NCBI GenBank assembly: GCA_964016885.1 | Contig: OZ024741.1 | Span: forward strand, 1,116,001-1,180,000 | Source of the DNA: Eledone cirrhosa | Taxonomy: Eukaryota | Reading direction: 5' to 3' | DNA: 64,000 nucleotides | Shown: piece by piece, positions 40,699 through 53,290 of the stretch | Numbering within the stretch: position 1 is the first letter of the stretch | Layout: each line of letters begins with the position of its first letter | The notes under the pieces: model-generated | The model's database searches: none | What the model saw: only the letters and a program-made list of their open reading frames with translations | Told to the model about the DNA's origin: nothing | Made by a program: the position numbers and the translations under genes

Positions 40699-40880
40699 AA
40701 AAGGAGGATTTGTTATGTCTTTATTACATTTATTGAGTAGAGACCCGCCTTTCGCTATTGATCTGCAGAGGTCCGACGAACTTTTGATTCCAGCGTCGGG
40801 CCAGATCGATACTGATCAATAGGGAAACGCGCGTCACTACTCAATAAACGTAATGAAGACATTAAAAAAATCGTCCTTTT
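40699..40880. repeat. Degenerate fold-back element containing a hammerhead 3' half
   Basis: ATGTCTTTATTACATTTATTGAGTAG...CTATTGATC pairs with GATCAATAG...CTACTCAATAAACGTAATGAAGACAT; right arm contains GAAA-CGCGCG-TC. Confidence 0.75.
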
Positions 40881-40899
40881 AATTATATATATATCTATC

Positions 40900-41047
40900 T
40901 ATGTAGGACGGGTAAAATTCTTGAGATCCATGGACGAGTTCTCTCCAGCGGTCTCTGTCCCTCATTATCACTGCCATGTCCTGCGTCTCCAAGAGACCAG
41001 TGTCTGTCCTTAGGGCATCAGCATATGTTAACCTTGGTCTTCCTCTT
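40900..41047 (-). mobile_element. RTE-type LINE extreme 3' fragment
   Basis: Reverse complement translates RGRPRLTYADALRTDTGL...MRDRDRWR, typical of an RTE C-terminus. Confidence 0.6.
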
Positions 41048-41065
41048 ATATATGTATGTATGTAT

Positions 41066-42672
41066 GTTCTTCTGGTTTTATAATTTCACAAAGTTTTACC
41101 AATAGAGAGAGAGTCGGTTTCTAACATAGACACAAGACTCTCTCATTGGAATTTACTCAACATCAACTAGGTAGATATGTATGTATGCATGCGTGTGTAG
41201 ATATGGATGTTATTGTATGTGTGGATGTGGATGTTTTGAGTTGTATGTATGCATGTGTATATGCTTTGTATCTGTACATGTGTATATGCAGTTATTAGAT
41301 GCAAAAGTTTTGGAGTGTTTTACATATTTTTACTGTTCCATTAATGGATTGTACTTGTAATTTCCTAACTAGTTGTGTTCTTTCCTGTGAAACCTAGCTT
41401 CTCAAGATTTTTATTGAGGCAGTTACTAACATACCCCAGTGCGCCAATAATCACAGGCATAAATCTGAAGGTGTAATCAGGGTGGAGTATCTGCAGATTT
41501 CTCATCAGTTCTGCATAAATATTCTCCTTTTCACTAATCTTTGATATTATATTGCCATCTGCTGGGCAGCTAACTTCCACTAATGTGAATGTTTTCTTCT
41601 CCCTGTCCCATATCATAATTGTTTCTACTTTTGGCACAAGGCCAGCAATTACCCAGTGCATTACTGGTACTTTATTTTATCGACCCCGTAAGGATGAAAG
41701 GCAAAGTTAACCTCGGCGGGATTTGAACTCAGATTGGCAAGGGCCGTAACTATGCGTCAAAGCATGGCGTCCGACTCTCTACCGATACTGCCAATCCCAT
41801 ATCATAATACTGGTCTGTTATGCTTGCATTTTATTGGGGTTTTTACTGGAACATTCCACCAGTACTCTTTTATATTATGTATATAGATGTCTTCCACATT
41901 GCTGTAGCTTTTAATATGTTTATTATTGGGGCTATCTTTTCTACAGATTGCATTGTACAGTGTTTTAGCCACTACATCATGCCTTATAGGTAGATAGTAC
42001 CGCGATGACATCTTTGACATGGGTGACATCTTCAATGTTAATTCTGAAGAGTCTGCACTTGTTATCACATCTAGGTGTTTTGCTTGCATCCCTATCTCTT
42101 TTGTGAATCAGGTATTTCGTGTTAATTTCCTTTTCTTGGATTGCAAAATTGTATCCTTCAAAGTGGGAGCCAATATAGCGGTTGTTGGTCCAAGATAGAC
42201 TACTTTTTTTATCTATATTACTCTCACTCTGGAGCTTCCTGGCAACATATCCACACATGATTTTTTGCTGATAAGCATGCAGTTTTTTATCCATGGATTC
42301 ACTGCGATACTGCTGAGCAACATCCCTGGGTGTGAGTTTTTGATTATCACACAGGGAATATCTCTCGAGGAGTTCCTTCCCAACTCTCATGATCTTATCT
42401 GTTTCATGCAGATAGAATTGCTCGAGAGACGGGCTCCTACGCTTTGAGGTTCGTAGATGTCGGAGGGATATGATGCGACACTCAAATGCTATCTGGACTG
42501 ATGTTAGGTCTATGTGACTGTTGATGTGAAAGTTTCCGGTGTTGTTTAATATTTTTCGAGTTCTAACATCAACTGCTCGGATTTCGTCTATAGTCCAATT
42601 GAGTATTCCAACGTTGGTGTTAGGACAAGCACAGCAAACACATTGTGAGCCACAGTTTGTTTTGCGCAGAGA
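41066..42672 (-). mobile_element. R4/Dong-like RLE non-LTR retrotransposon, family 1, copy 1 (5'-truncated, degraded, interrupted by a SINE)
   Basis: AIQE.EI.T, C.L...ED..HV, RHDVVAK, HNRP, VEVSCP, ENIYAEL, PVIIGALG; bounded by (TATG)n on both sides. Confidence 0.88.
41617..41795 (-). mobile_element. SINE family A, full copy with a 14 bp target-site duplication
   Basis: TCCCATATCATAAT at 41606-41619 and 41795-41808; uninterrupted site visible in the paralog near 50290. Confidence 0.92.
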
Positions 42673-42674
42673 GA

Positions 42675-42707
<33 letters not shown>

Positions 42708-42765
42708 TGTATGTATGTATGTATGTATGTATGTATGTATGTATGTATGTATGTATGTATGTATA

Positions 42766-43068
42766 CCCTGATGGTATCCAATGATGTTGACTTGTTCTTC
42801 TTTTTGGTAAATATCATTTTGGTTAAGAGAGTGGGACTGGCTTTGTGCAGTGCCTTTGCTCACTATAAAAGCTTCACGGCACAGGCATTGCTTTATATCT
42901 GGAGATCTCGCTGCACTTGTGTCAATAATTGTCACAAGTGCAGTGTTTGTACCAGAGTTTTCAAGTCGCTGGCTGGACTAAAAAGTCACACTTGTTCAGC
43001 GCATCGGTAGGGGTTCTCCTACATGGATATAAAGTAGTGGCCGTACTCGAAAACGAGTTGGCAGCCAC
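42766..43068 (+). mobile_element. Non-autonomous RTE-derived element, 5'-truncated copy
   Basis: Near-identical to 47560-47896; encodes a C2H2 remnant CSVC...SLAGLKSH; ends GAGTTGGCAGCCAC followed by (TATG)n. Confidence 0.8.
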
Positions 43069-43089
43069 TATGTATGTATGTAAGTATGT

Positions 43090-46000
43090 GTTCTCTCTTT
43101 CTCTTAATTTCGAGTATATTTTTGACCGGCCACCTTCCTGGTGGCAAGGTTGTAAAAGAAAAGAAATTGTCATCCCTTGAATCGCAAGAATGTTTTGCAA
43201 ATTTTGAAGGTGCCATCTATCGCAGCCATTTGTAGACTATGAATTAGGGATCTCCGCTCTTTGTTCGCAAATCCAAGTTCAGTTATACATTGGTCCAAGC
43301 GGGTTGGTATATAACCCGTAGCTCCAATAATGATGGGTATGAAGCTAAAGGTGTATCTTGGATACTGGATTTGTAAACTCCTCATCAATGGTCCGTAGAT
43401 GTCCTCCTTCTCCTGTATTTTTCTGACAACGTTTACATCAAGTGGGCAGCTGATCTCCACAACAGAACACGTTTTCAATGTGTGGCCCCAAACAACAATA
43501 TCAGGTCGGTTGTGCTTTAATTTAGTGGCAGTTTTTATTTTCAGGTTCCACCAGTATTCCTTAGTGCCATCTGTCTCAATATATTCTTCCTCGTTTATTT
43601 TTAATTTTGTTTTCCGAAGTGCGTTCCAGATGGTTCTAGCTATCCCATCGTATCTCATGGGGAGGTAGTAGCGAGATGACATTCTTTCGCAGCTGGCAAC
43701 AATGTGGCTTACATCTTCGATCTTTGTTTTACATAGCCTTCATTTATTGTCAGCTGATGGCCCTCCTCTTTTGTGCAGCAGATATTTGGTAGGGAATTCT
43801 GTTCATGTATTGTATAGAGATATCCCTCAAGGTGTGATGTCATAAACTTGTCGGAACTCCATGCCAGGCTTTTTGAGTGGTTTATCCCCTCTATGGTCTG
43901 TGTTTTACGTCTCAAGTATCCATGCACAACCTTTTCTGTAAATTGGTCAATTTTTTCATCTTGTTTGAACATTGAATAGGATCTCCCGATTTCTCTGGGT
44001 GAGAGATTTATATCAGGCTTTATTCCATATCTCTCCTCCAGATCAGTGGCTATCCAAATGATATTTTTTCCTTCATGCTCATAAACCTGGGCAAGATTGT
44101 TGCCAACCTTTTTCCTCTGTTGAAGATGTTGCTTCAGTGTTACTATCCGGGTCTCATATGATGTTAATATGGATTTTAGACCCCGGCCACCTTCCTTGCG
44201 TGAGAAGTATAGCCTATCCACATCACTATTGATGTTAAAGTTCCCAGTAACACTGAGAAGTTTGCGAGTTCTAACATCCATCTCACTTAGTTCTTGCAAT
44301 GACCAGTTCAGCAGGCCAAATGTTGGCGTTAGAATTGGCACAACATAAGTATTGTGGGCAATGTATTTGTTGTACGCTGACAGTTCTGATGACCATATTT
44401 TCTTTACTCTTCTGAGGTACGCAGTTCTGGTTCTCTCCTTATTTATGGGTCCATCATATCTGATATTCTCATCCTGTCCAAGATATCTGTAGTTGTCACC
44501 TGACTGTAGAGGTTGTATTGTCAGGCCGTTCATCTCTAGATTTCTAGAGGAGGGCACAGCTCTTCCACGTTTTACTGCCAAATATGCACACTTGGACTCA
44601 CCAAATTTCATTTTGATGCCTGTTTAAAATTGTGTAATGCGGTCCAATTGTTTCTTGATGTCATTGATATTTGGCCCATACAACTTCAGGTCTTCAACAA
44701 AGAAAAGATGAGAGATACTTCTGGACCCACTTCTTTGTCCACCTTGTTTCCTGAGTAGGTAAGATAGTGGATTTAGTGAGAGAATGAAGAGTAGCACTGA
44801 CAAGCTATTACCCTGAAAGATGCCCTTCTGGTAATGTATCTTATCAGTCTTAACTTGCTCCTTCTCAACTCTAAGGATCAAATTGGTGTACCAGTTCTTG
44901 GTCAGACGTTCAACAGCAGCTACCAGTGGTTGTGGGACTTTGGCTAACTGTAAAGCCTTAACAATTCACCCATGAGGTACACTATCAAATGCTTTTTGAT
45001 AGTCCAGCCACACCACAGTCATGTTTCTGCGATTCTTTGTTGTTTTTTCTTGAATCATTTTATTTGTTAGTAGGTGATCTATGCAACCCCACACCTCCCT
45101 CTTTCCACCAAGCTTGCTCAGGTGTTATAATGTTGTTGGTAGCACAGTGATCCTGTAAGAACAGGTTAAGGCACCCAGTATATAATTTATACATGATGTT
45201 TTGGCAGGCTATTGGGCGGTAATTTTTAGCAAGGGTGGTTTGGCTATTTTGGGGAATGAGGTGAGTAGTGGCAGTTGATAACCATTTGGGCAGTTCTTGT
45301 GTGCCTTTAATGGTTTCTGCAAACAGCCGTATGAGATCCTGCCGATAGAAAGTGAAATTCTTCAACCAGTATCCTGTATTGAGGTCTGGGCCTGGTGATT
45401 TCCTATTCGACATTTTCTGTAGAGCTGTTTCCAGTATTGACCCATCTATGTCATATTGTTTTGTCTGGACATATTGGCAGTAGTCCTGTTCCAGTTCTTG
45501 TAGCCATTTAGTTTGTCTGTTGAATCCGTTATCCGTTTCCCATACAGATCTCCAGTAGCTCTCAACCTGTTCTTTTGAAGGGGTGTCATTTACAGAGATT
45601 GAGCCTTTGCCACCGAAGCTTCGATACACTGATTTAGGGTCTCTGGCAAACAATCTATTTAGCACTTGTCGTTTATGTGCTGTTGACTTATATTTTAGTC
45701 TTTCTGTTGTAGCTGTGAGTTGTTTCAACTGGTGTAATTTGGAGTTTAAAGTTTTAAATTTTGTATCTCCAAATCGTCTCTCTAATTTTTTTTTACGTCT
45801 TCCTGGTGTCATGTGAAGTTGCTCTCTAAGTTGCATTTCATAATGACTGCGATGTGTGAGATACTTCGTCTCAGGGACAAAATTTTGCTTTTTAAATTTC
45901 GAATCCTACGTTGGTTCAGGCTTTTTGATTGTATCTTGATTGCGTGGTTTTAGACGTTTTTTATATGATAGCAATGTGACAGCTGAAACATATAACAAAA

Positions 46001-47280
46001 TGTTAAGCATTTCATATGTCGTTTCTACACCTTTAGATCGTATAGCCTTCAGATAATTGTCAGCTATTTCGTTCACTGCTTCCAATTACAATTTAGTGGG
46101 TTCTTTACTGATTCTGGTGTTTTATGGTCTGTCACTCACATTAAGGCTGTGTATCTCTTGAAACATATCATCCCATATTACTTGTAAGGTGTCCAAAAGT
46201 TTTTGGTGTTCTGTTTGTACAGTAGAGTCATCAATTTCAGCCTCGTTGTTGATGTGTTGACAATTACTACTAGAGTTAGCTGACCATTCTCGCTGTTCTT
46301 CAGTGGAAGTGGGATGGACTTCAGCAAAATTGTTGGTGAGCTGTTCACTGTTAGATTTAGCTGGGCATTCTTTTTGTCTGTCAGTGGAAGTGGGGTGGTT
46401 GTCTACAAGGGCAGTATTTGTAGTATCACTCAATTCCGTTAAAAGTATCAATTTACATCTAGTGATACGTTTTGTCTGTTCAATTAAATGCTTTGGAGAA
46501 AAGTCTAATTCTGGATGTTTGGAGTTCCATAAAGATTTTAGCCTTTGCATAACACCGAACTTTTGGGGTTCAGATTGTTTGTATGCTTCATATAATTCTT
46601 TGTAAGCTCGTAGCTCCACTGTATACAACGGTTGTAGTTGCGATTTGGTCGTCGAAGAGGTATACATTTTGCCATGATGAGTTCGTCTATATTTTGTATT
46701 TATTTTTCAAAATAGTCGATGATCTTCTTTAAAAGTTTCGACAAAGTTCTGTCAGAATCAAATTTAAAGTTATTCACAGCTTGGGTAATATTTTTTTTCA
46801 GTTAGTTTTTAATTCTACAACTGTGTTTTAAACGTTGTTTTTGAATCATTTGAATCGAGAACAAAAAAACGAAAAAAAAACGTTACTTAGTATATTTCTT
46901 TATGAATGTAATATAATATAACAAGGCTGTATTTATATTTTAAAGTTTATGTATCATTCATATAAATAGGTGTTCTACAACATATTCACAACCTATTCAC
47001 AGTTCAAACACTTATGTTTTTGTTTCTGAATCGAAAACGTTACTTGCATATTTCTTTACATATGTAATATAACAACGTTGCATTTATATGTTAAAGTGTA
47101 TGTATCGTTCATATAAATAGGTGTTTTACAACACACAGTTCAAACACTTATGTAGAATTATTGTATGTAATCTTACCGCGTAATGTAGCTCAGCTTTTTC
47201 CAATATATGGTATGTTGCCTTCATGTAAGCCGTAATTACACACGTCCGATTATCGGACATTGACTATAACGGTCGTCATT
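43090..47280 (-). mobile_element. R4/Dong-like RLE non-LTR retrotransposon, family 2, near full length, frameshifted
   Basis: Collinear ORF pieces 46667 to 43170: KSPGPD...YWLK, NYRPIAC, DY.KAFDSVPH, GIFQGNSLS.LLF, HLFFVEDLKLY (decayed catalytic motif), YRYLG, R.EGGRGL, RYD, HNRPDIVV, VEISCP; (TATG)n at both ends. Confidence 0.9.
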
Positions 47281-47340
47281 ATGTATGTATGTATGTATGT
47301 ATGTATGTATGTATGTATGTATGTATGTATGTATGTATGT

Positions 47341-47896
47341 CTCATGGTCGGGTCATTGGCGACTAAACTGGCAACCCCACCAAGGTTTCTTGGTGAGGAG
47401 GGTGACTTTGGACATACTGCAGGACTAAAAACAAAACCTGTCAAAGGGCAAAAGCTCTTAAGAGTCAATGGCCATCAAAAATCACCGGGAGAGATGACCC
47501 CTTAGCCTTTGTCAAGGCAGAATTCTAGGAGAAGGAAAACTCTGATATAACACCTGCAACCCTGATGGTATCCAATGATGTTGACTTGTTCTTCTTTTTG
47601 GTAAATATCATCTTAGTTAAGAGAGTGGGACTGGCTTTGTGCAGTGCCTTTGCTCACTATAAAAACTTCACGGCACAGGCATTGCTTTATATCTGGAGAT
47701 CTCTCTCCACTTGTCGTTACATGGTACCATGGGCCCGGCACTATGTGTCAATAATTGTCACAAGTGCAGTGTTTGTACCAGAGTTTTCAAGTCGCTGGCT
47801 GGACTAAAAAGTCACACTCGTTCAGCGCATCAGTAGGGGTTCTCCTACATGGATATGAAGTAGTGGCCATACTCGAAAACGAGTTGGCAGCCACCA
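47341..47896 (+). mobile_element. Non-autonomous bipartite RTE-derived element (5' UTR fused to 3' end)
   Basis: RTE-like leader motif CTAGGAGAAGGAAAACTCTGA, no RT, C2H2 remnant, and tail GAGTTGGCAGCCACCATGTATG resembling the RTE end at ~49640. Confidence 0.75.
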
Positions 47897-47961
47897 TGTA
47901 TGTATGTATGTATGAATATATGTATATATGTATGTATGTATATATGTATGTATATATGTAT

Positions 47962-49655
47962 GTGCAGATCTTGTGCAGGATATTGTTGGACAGATTGATA
48001 CAGCACATTGCTGTGCAGGTACTTTCTGAGTCCCAATGTAGCTTTAGGAATGGCAGAGGCACTGTTGACATGACCTTCTCGGCCAGACAACTTCAAGAGA
48101 AATGCATTGAGCAGCGCATGAACTTATACCAAGTTTTTGTCTATCTGACCAAGGCATTTGACACCGTTAATCGGAAGGCTTTGTGGGTTATTTTGGAGAG
48201 ATTGGGCTGTCCTGAAAAGTTTGTGAACATTCTGAAACTCTTCCACGATGACATGCAGGCATGGGTGAATGTTGGAGGTAAACTGTCTGAGCCAATCTCG
48301 GTTGAAGATGATGTCAAGGAAGGTGATATACCTGCATAAACTTTGTTTGTCTTGTATTTCGCGATGGTGTTCTTCATGGCCTTCAAGGATTGTCAACACG
48401 GTATCTATCTCAGATATCGCACTTCCGGAAAGCTGTTTAACCTTAGGCGTCTCACTGCCAACACTAAGGTACTGAGTACCTTAATCAGAGAATTTTTATA
48501 TGCAGATGATTGTGATCTCTTTGCACACTCCCAGAGTGTCATGTAACACCTTATGGATTCTTTTTCCAATGCGTGCAGTACTTTGGGACTGACAATCAGT
48601 CTGAAGAAGACTGTCGTCATGTACCAACCTGCTCCGGATAAAGTTTTCAATGAATCCTCCATACACGTATACGGTCAAAAGCTGAAGGCTGCTGACACAT
48701 TTGTGTATTTGGGGAGTACTCTGAGTGTGACCTGCTCTCTGGATGCAGAAGTTGGTCTACGTGTTAGTAAGGCAAGTGAGTCATTTGGAAGGCTCAACGA
48801 CCGTCTTTGGTGCAGGCGAGGAATCACAATGAGGACGAAGGTGAGAGTGTATGCTGCATGTGTACTGTCAGCTTTGCTGTATGCATGTGAGACATGGGTT
48901 GCCTACAAACGGCATGTCCACAGACTGGAACGGTTTCACCAGCAGTGTCTCAGAAAGATGCTCGGTATCAAGTGGCAGATGCATGTGAGTGATGTTGAGG
49001 TCCTTGAGAGAAGTGAGTGTCAGAGCATTGAGAGTATCATCCACCAACGGTGTTTGCGATGGACCGGACACCTCTGCAGAATGGATGATGATCGAGTCCC
49101 AAAACAACTCTTGTATGGCGAGCTTTGTGAGAGTAAGAGACAACATCACAAACCAAAGCTCCGATTCAAGGATTGTGTAAAGGACTCATTGAAAAAAACT
49201 GGTTTGATGATGGCTGACTGGGAGATAGAAGCTCTTGAAAGAGAGACTTGGCGTGGAATGGTGAATGATGGGTCCATAATTTTGAGGACAGACGCAGTGA
49301 GCACGAGAAGATCAAAAGGGATGTACGTAAGCAATGCCCTGGTGTATCTCTCGAAATGATCGGTGTCACCATTGAATTGAAGTGCCCTGAGTGTGGAAAA
49401 ATTTGCTTGAGCAAATCTGGTCTCAGGAGACACAGCCGCAGCTATGTTCAAAGAGAACCAGTGAACTATGATCTCCATGGTGTTGTGAGGGTTCACGGGC
49501 AACCTGATGCGGGACCTCAACCAGGGAGATCCATAGTTGTCGTCAGTGTATGAAGGAGTGCAAGTCTCTAGCAGGCTTGAAAAGCCATATCCGAGTGTCC
49601 CACATCTGAATCTGACAAGTGATTGCAATACTCTTGGCAGAGTTTGCAGCCATCA
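47962..49655 (+). mobile_element. RTE-BovB-like LINE, 5'-truncated, with stops
   Basis: ESQC.FR.GRGT.DM.FSARQLQEKC.EQ, LTKAFDTV.R..LW, LYADD, F.YLGS, LLYACETW, RWTGH, PKQLLYGEL; C-terminal C2H2 fingers; (TATG)n tail. Confidence 0.92.
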
Positions 49656-49737
49656 TGTATGTATGTATGTATGTATGTATGTATGTATGTATGTATGTAT
49701 GTATGTATGTATGTATGTATGTATGTATGTATGTATG

Positions 49738-50760
49738 TGCTTCTGGTTTTATAATTTCACAAATGTATTCCCAATGGAGAGAGAGTCGGTTTCTAACATA
49801 GACACAAGACTCTCTCATTGGAATTTACACAACATCAACTAGGTTGAAATGTATGTATGTCTGCATGCATGCATGTGTAGATATGGATGTTATTGTATGT
49901 GTGGATGTGGATGTTTTGAGTTGTATGTGTGCATGTGTATATGCTTTGTATCTGTACATGTGTATATGCAGTTATTAGATGCAAAAGTTTTGGAATGTTT
50001 TACATATTTTTACAGTTCCATTAATGGATTGTACTTGTAATTCCCTAACTAGTTGTGTTCTTTCTGTTCCTGGGAAGCCCAGCTTCTCAATATTTGTATT
50101 GAGGCAGTTACTAACATACCTCAGTGCCCCAATAATCACAGGCATAAATCTGAAGGTGTAATCAGGGTGGAGTATCTGCAGATTTCTCATCAGTTCTGCA
50201 TAAATATTCTCCTTTTCGCTAATCTTTGATATTATATTGGCATCTGCTGGGCAGCTAATTTCCACTACTGTGCATGCTTTCTTCTCCCTGTCATATATCA
50301 TAATATCTGGCCTATTATGCCTGCATTGTATTTGGGTTTTTACTGGGACATTCCACTCTTTCATATTATGTACATGGATGTCTTCCACGATGCAGTAGCT
50401 TTTAGTGTGTTTATTATCGGGGCTATCTTTTTTACGAACTGAATTGTACAGTGTTTTGGCCACTACATCATGCCTCATAGGTAGATAGTACCGCGATCAC
50501 ATCTTTGGACAGCTGCTGATGACATGGGTGATATCCTCGATGTTGGTTCTGCAGAGTCTGCACTTGTTATCACATCTAGGTGTTTTGCCTGCATCCCTAT
50601 CTCTTGTGTGAATCAGGTATTTCGTGTTAATCTCCTGTTCTTGGACTGCAAAAGCGTATCCCTGAAAGTGGGAGCCAATATAGCGGTTGTTGGTCCAAGA
50701 TAGACTACTTTCCTTATCTATATTACTCTCACTCTGGAGCTTCCTGGCAACATATCCATG
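49738..50760 (-). mobile_element. R4/Dong-like family 1, copy 2 (5'-truncated)
   Basis: Highly similar to 41066-42255; CRLC...EDITHVISSC, RHD, RPDI, VEISCP; (TATG)n directly at both ends. Confidence 0.9.
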
Positions 50761-50984
50761 CATGTATGTATGTATGTATGAATGTATGTATGTATGTTTG
50801 TATGTATGTATGTATGTATGTATGTATGTATGTATGTATGTATGTATGTATGTATGTATGGAAATAACAAAACAAACGGTACAGTACATGGAATAAATAT
50901 ATTAGTTTAACGCTTGAAATAGCAGGAAAAGAGTCTTGGCGTTTCGGACACAAGTCCTTCATATATACATACATATACATACAC

Positions 50985-51171
<187 letters not shown>

Positions 51172-51187
51172 AATATATATATATATA

Positions 51188-51620
51188 CTAGCAGAGGTAG
51201 CCGGCGTTGCTCGGGTGTTAAATAGCAGTTGTGTATACCATTTATGTCAATACTTCAGTGCTGCTTCGAAAACTATACATTTACAAAATCAACGGCTTTT
51301 TCCAAAAGGGGGTTCCTGCCCCCAGGGTTCCCCTACTCAATATATGCCAATTCTGAGAGTTCATATTCATCTGTAGGACAAACGTAGCTCATGTGTCAAG
51401 TTTTGTCAAAATCGGTTGCGAACTCCAGAAGTTATGACGTTTTGTTGCATTGCACTGCAGTGCTTCAGTCGACTCCAAGGAAGTGGTGAAAGGGGGTTAT
51501 CTGCCGGGAGGCCCTATAATCAATATCTGGAAAAATGAAAGTGCCCATGACCATCCGGTGTACATAAGTAACATATGTCTTAAGTTTGGTGAAAATACTG
51601 TAGAAATGCATAAGGTTTAT
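51188..51620 (-). mobile_element. Helitron-type non-autonomous element, 3' end
   Basis: Reverse complement ends CCCGAGCAACGCCGG...CTGCTAG|T; 5' boundary uncertain. Confidence 0.65.
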
Positions 51621-51789
51621 ACATACGCGCGAGCGCGTGCGTGCGTGCGTGCGTGTGTGTGTGTCTGTGTGTGTCTGTGTGTGTGTATTTTTGTGTGCGT
51701 ATGTATGTGTATGTCCGTCGGGGCATACGTATGTACTGGCCTAAATCTTCACTATTTACTTTTACTATTTTAATAACCTCTATTATTTT

Positions 51790-52135
51790 CGTTTTCAATT
51801 TTATTTACATTATTCTTAAATTCCGGGGCTGGAAATCATTCTGTTATTTTAAATAGAATATTAGTCTAACGACTCCATTTGTACCATAAACTTGGTCTTG
51901 TCTTTGCATGAAATTGTTCTTCTCGGTCCACATAATGACGTATTATCCTCGCTTTTTTCCGTTCATTACCAGGGAACGTCTTTATGAATAAAAATATCGT
52001 CTTCCTGTTTTCCTTCGGTTGCAACGTTTCTCAAAATATTTACTTCTGCGTTCACAGATTAAATTTTTTAGTTTCAGAAGATCCCGTTAATGTTGAAAGC
52101 AACGATTCTTTGCTTAAACTTTAATCTATTCTTAT
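51790..52135 (+). repeat. Unclassified dispersed repeat family R (also 54800-54997 +, 60110-60590 -, fragment 39240-39278)
   Basis: Shared TTCTGCGTTCACAGATT...TTTAGTTTCAGAAGATCCCGTTAA...TTTGCTTAAACTTTAATCT. Confidence 0.75.
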
Positions 52136-52640
52136 AACACACACATATATATATAAATTAATAAAAAATTGTTTCCTTCGTTTTTAACAACATTCTTTAA
52201 TAACATCTAACTCTTATTTAGCACATCTATATGAATTAATATAAATGTATCCCTATAAGTATACCTATCAATTAAATTAATTTAATTTCTTTTTATAGAT
52301 CTAAATTCCTTATGTTTTAAATAAGATTGGTATTTCTCACTAACACATTTATCCTAAAAGGTTATTCTCCTTCGATTTTAACATTAGCATTATTCTTTAA
52401 TAACATCAAATGTTCGTGTACCTTTCACCGGCTTGACCTCTTTTCATCCCCAAAGTAATCTTTTCATTCAAAGTATTCTTTCCATTCAAAACTGAAGTCT
52501 GCATTCCTCTACCCCTAAATCAAATTTCTACTACTACTATTCTATCAACTTACTACTTTTCTATTGGTCAATTCAAAACCTGTTCCCACGCAGACCTATT
52601 ATATTAAATCTTTGTTGGTTTTTTTCACTAAACAAATATC

Positions 52641-52824
52641 ATTGGCAGTATCGGTAGAGGGTCAGACGCCATGCTTTTCAGCAAAGAGTTACGGCCCTTT
52701 ATGGTCTCAGTTCAAATCCCGCCGAGGTTAACTTTGCCTTTCATCCCTAAGGGGTCGATAAAATAAAGTACCAGTAATACACTGGGATAATTGCTGGCCT
52801 TGTGCCAAAAATAGAAACAATTAT
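52641..52824 (+). mobile_element. SINE family A, full copy
   Basis: A-box TGGCAGTATCGG, B-box GTTCAAATCCC, central GGGGTCGATAAAATAAAGTACC, tail GTGCCAAAAATAGAAACAATTATT. Confidence 0.88.
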
Positions 52825-53138
52825 TTCTGAAGACAGCATATATATGTGTAGGTATCTATATTCCCTCTGATAGTTTGTAAAATTTTTACATAGATCTATA
52901 TGATATACATAACAACACACACATATATATCTTAGAAACGATCGTAAAATGATGAATTTTTTAATATAAGGAACTGTCTCTTTGTTTTTATTCATTGTTT
53001 TTATTAATTTATCTTGACTCTGTTTTCCTGTGATTTTCATCGAAAAAACTTTTGAATACATCTTCTCTTTTCATGATATTTGGATTACATTGAGTTCTTC
53101 ATACGGATTGGACTACCATATATTTTGGTAGATTTATC

Positions 53139-53290
<152 letters not shown>

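Noticed and set aside
47341-47420. HDV-like ribozyme at the 5' end of the RTE-derived element
   Set aside because: Could not assign P1-P4 or the L3/J4-2 consensus by eye; needs a descriptor search.
52641-52725. tRNA gene
   Set aside because: The A/B boxes belong to a SINE head; no cloverleaf.
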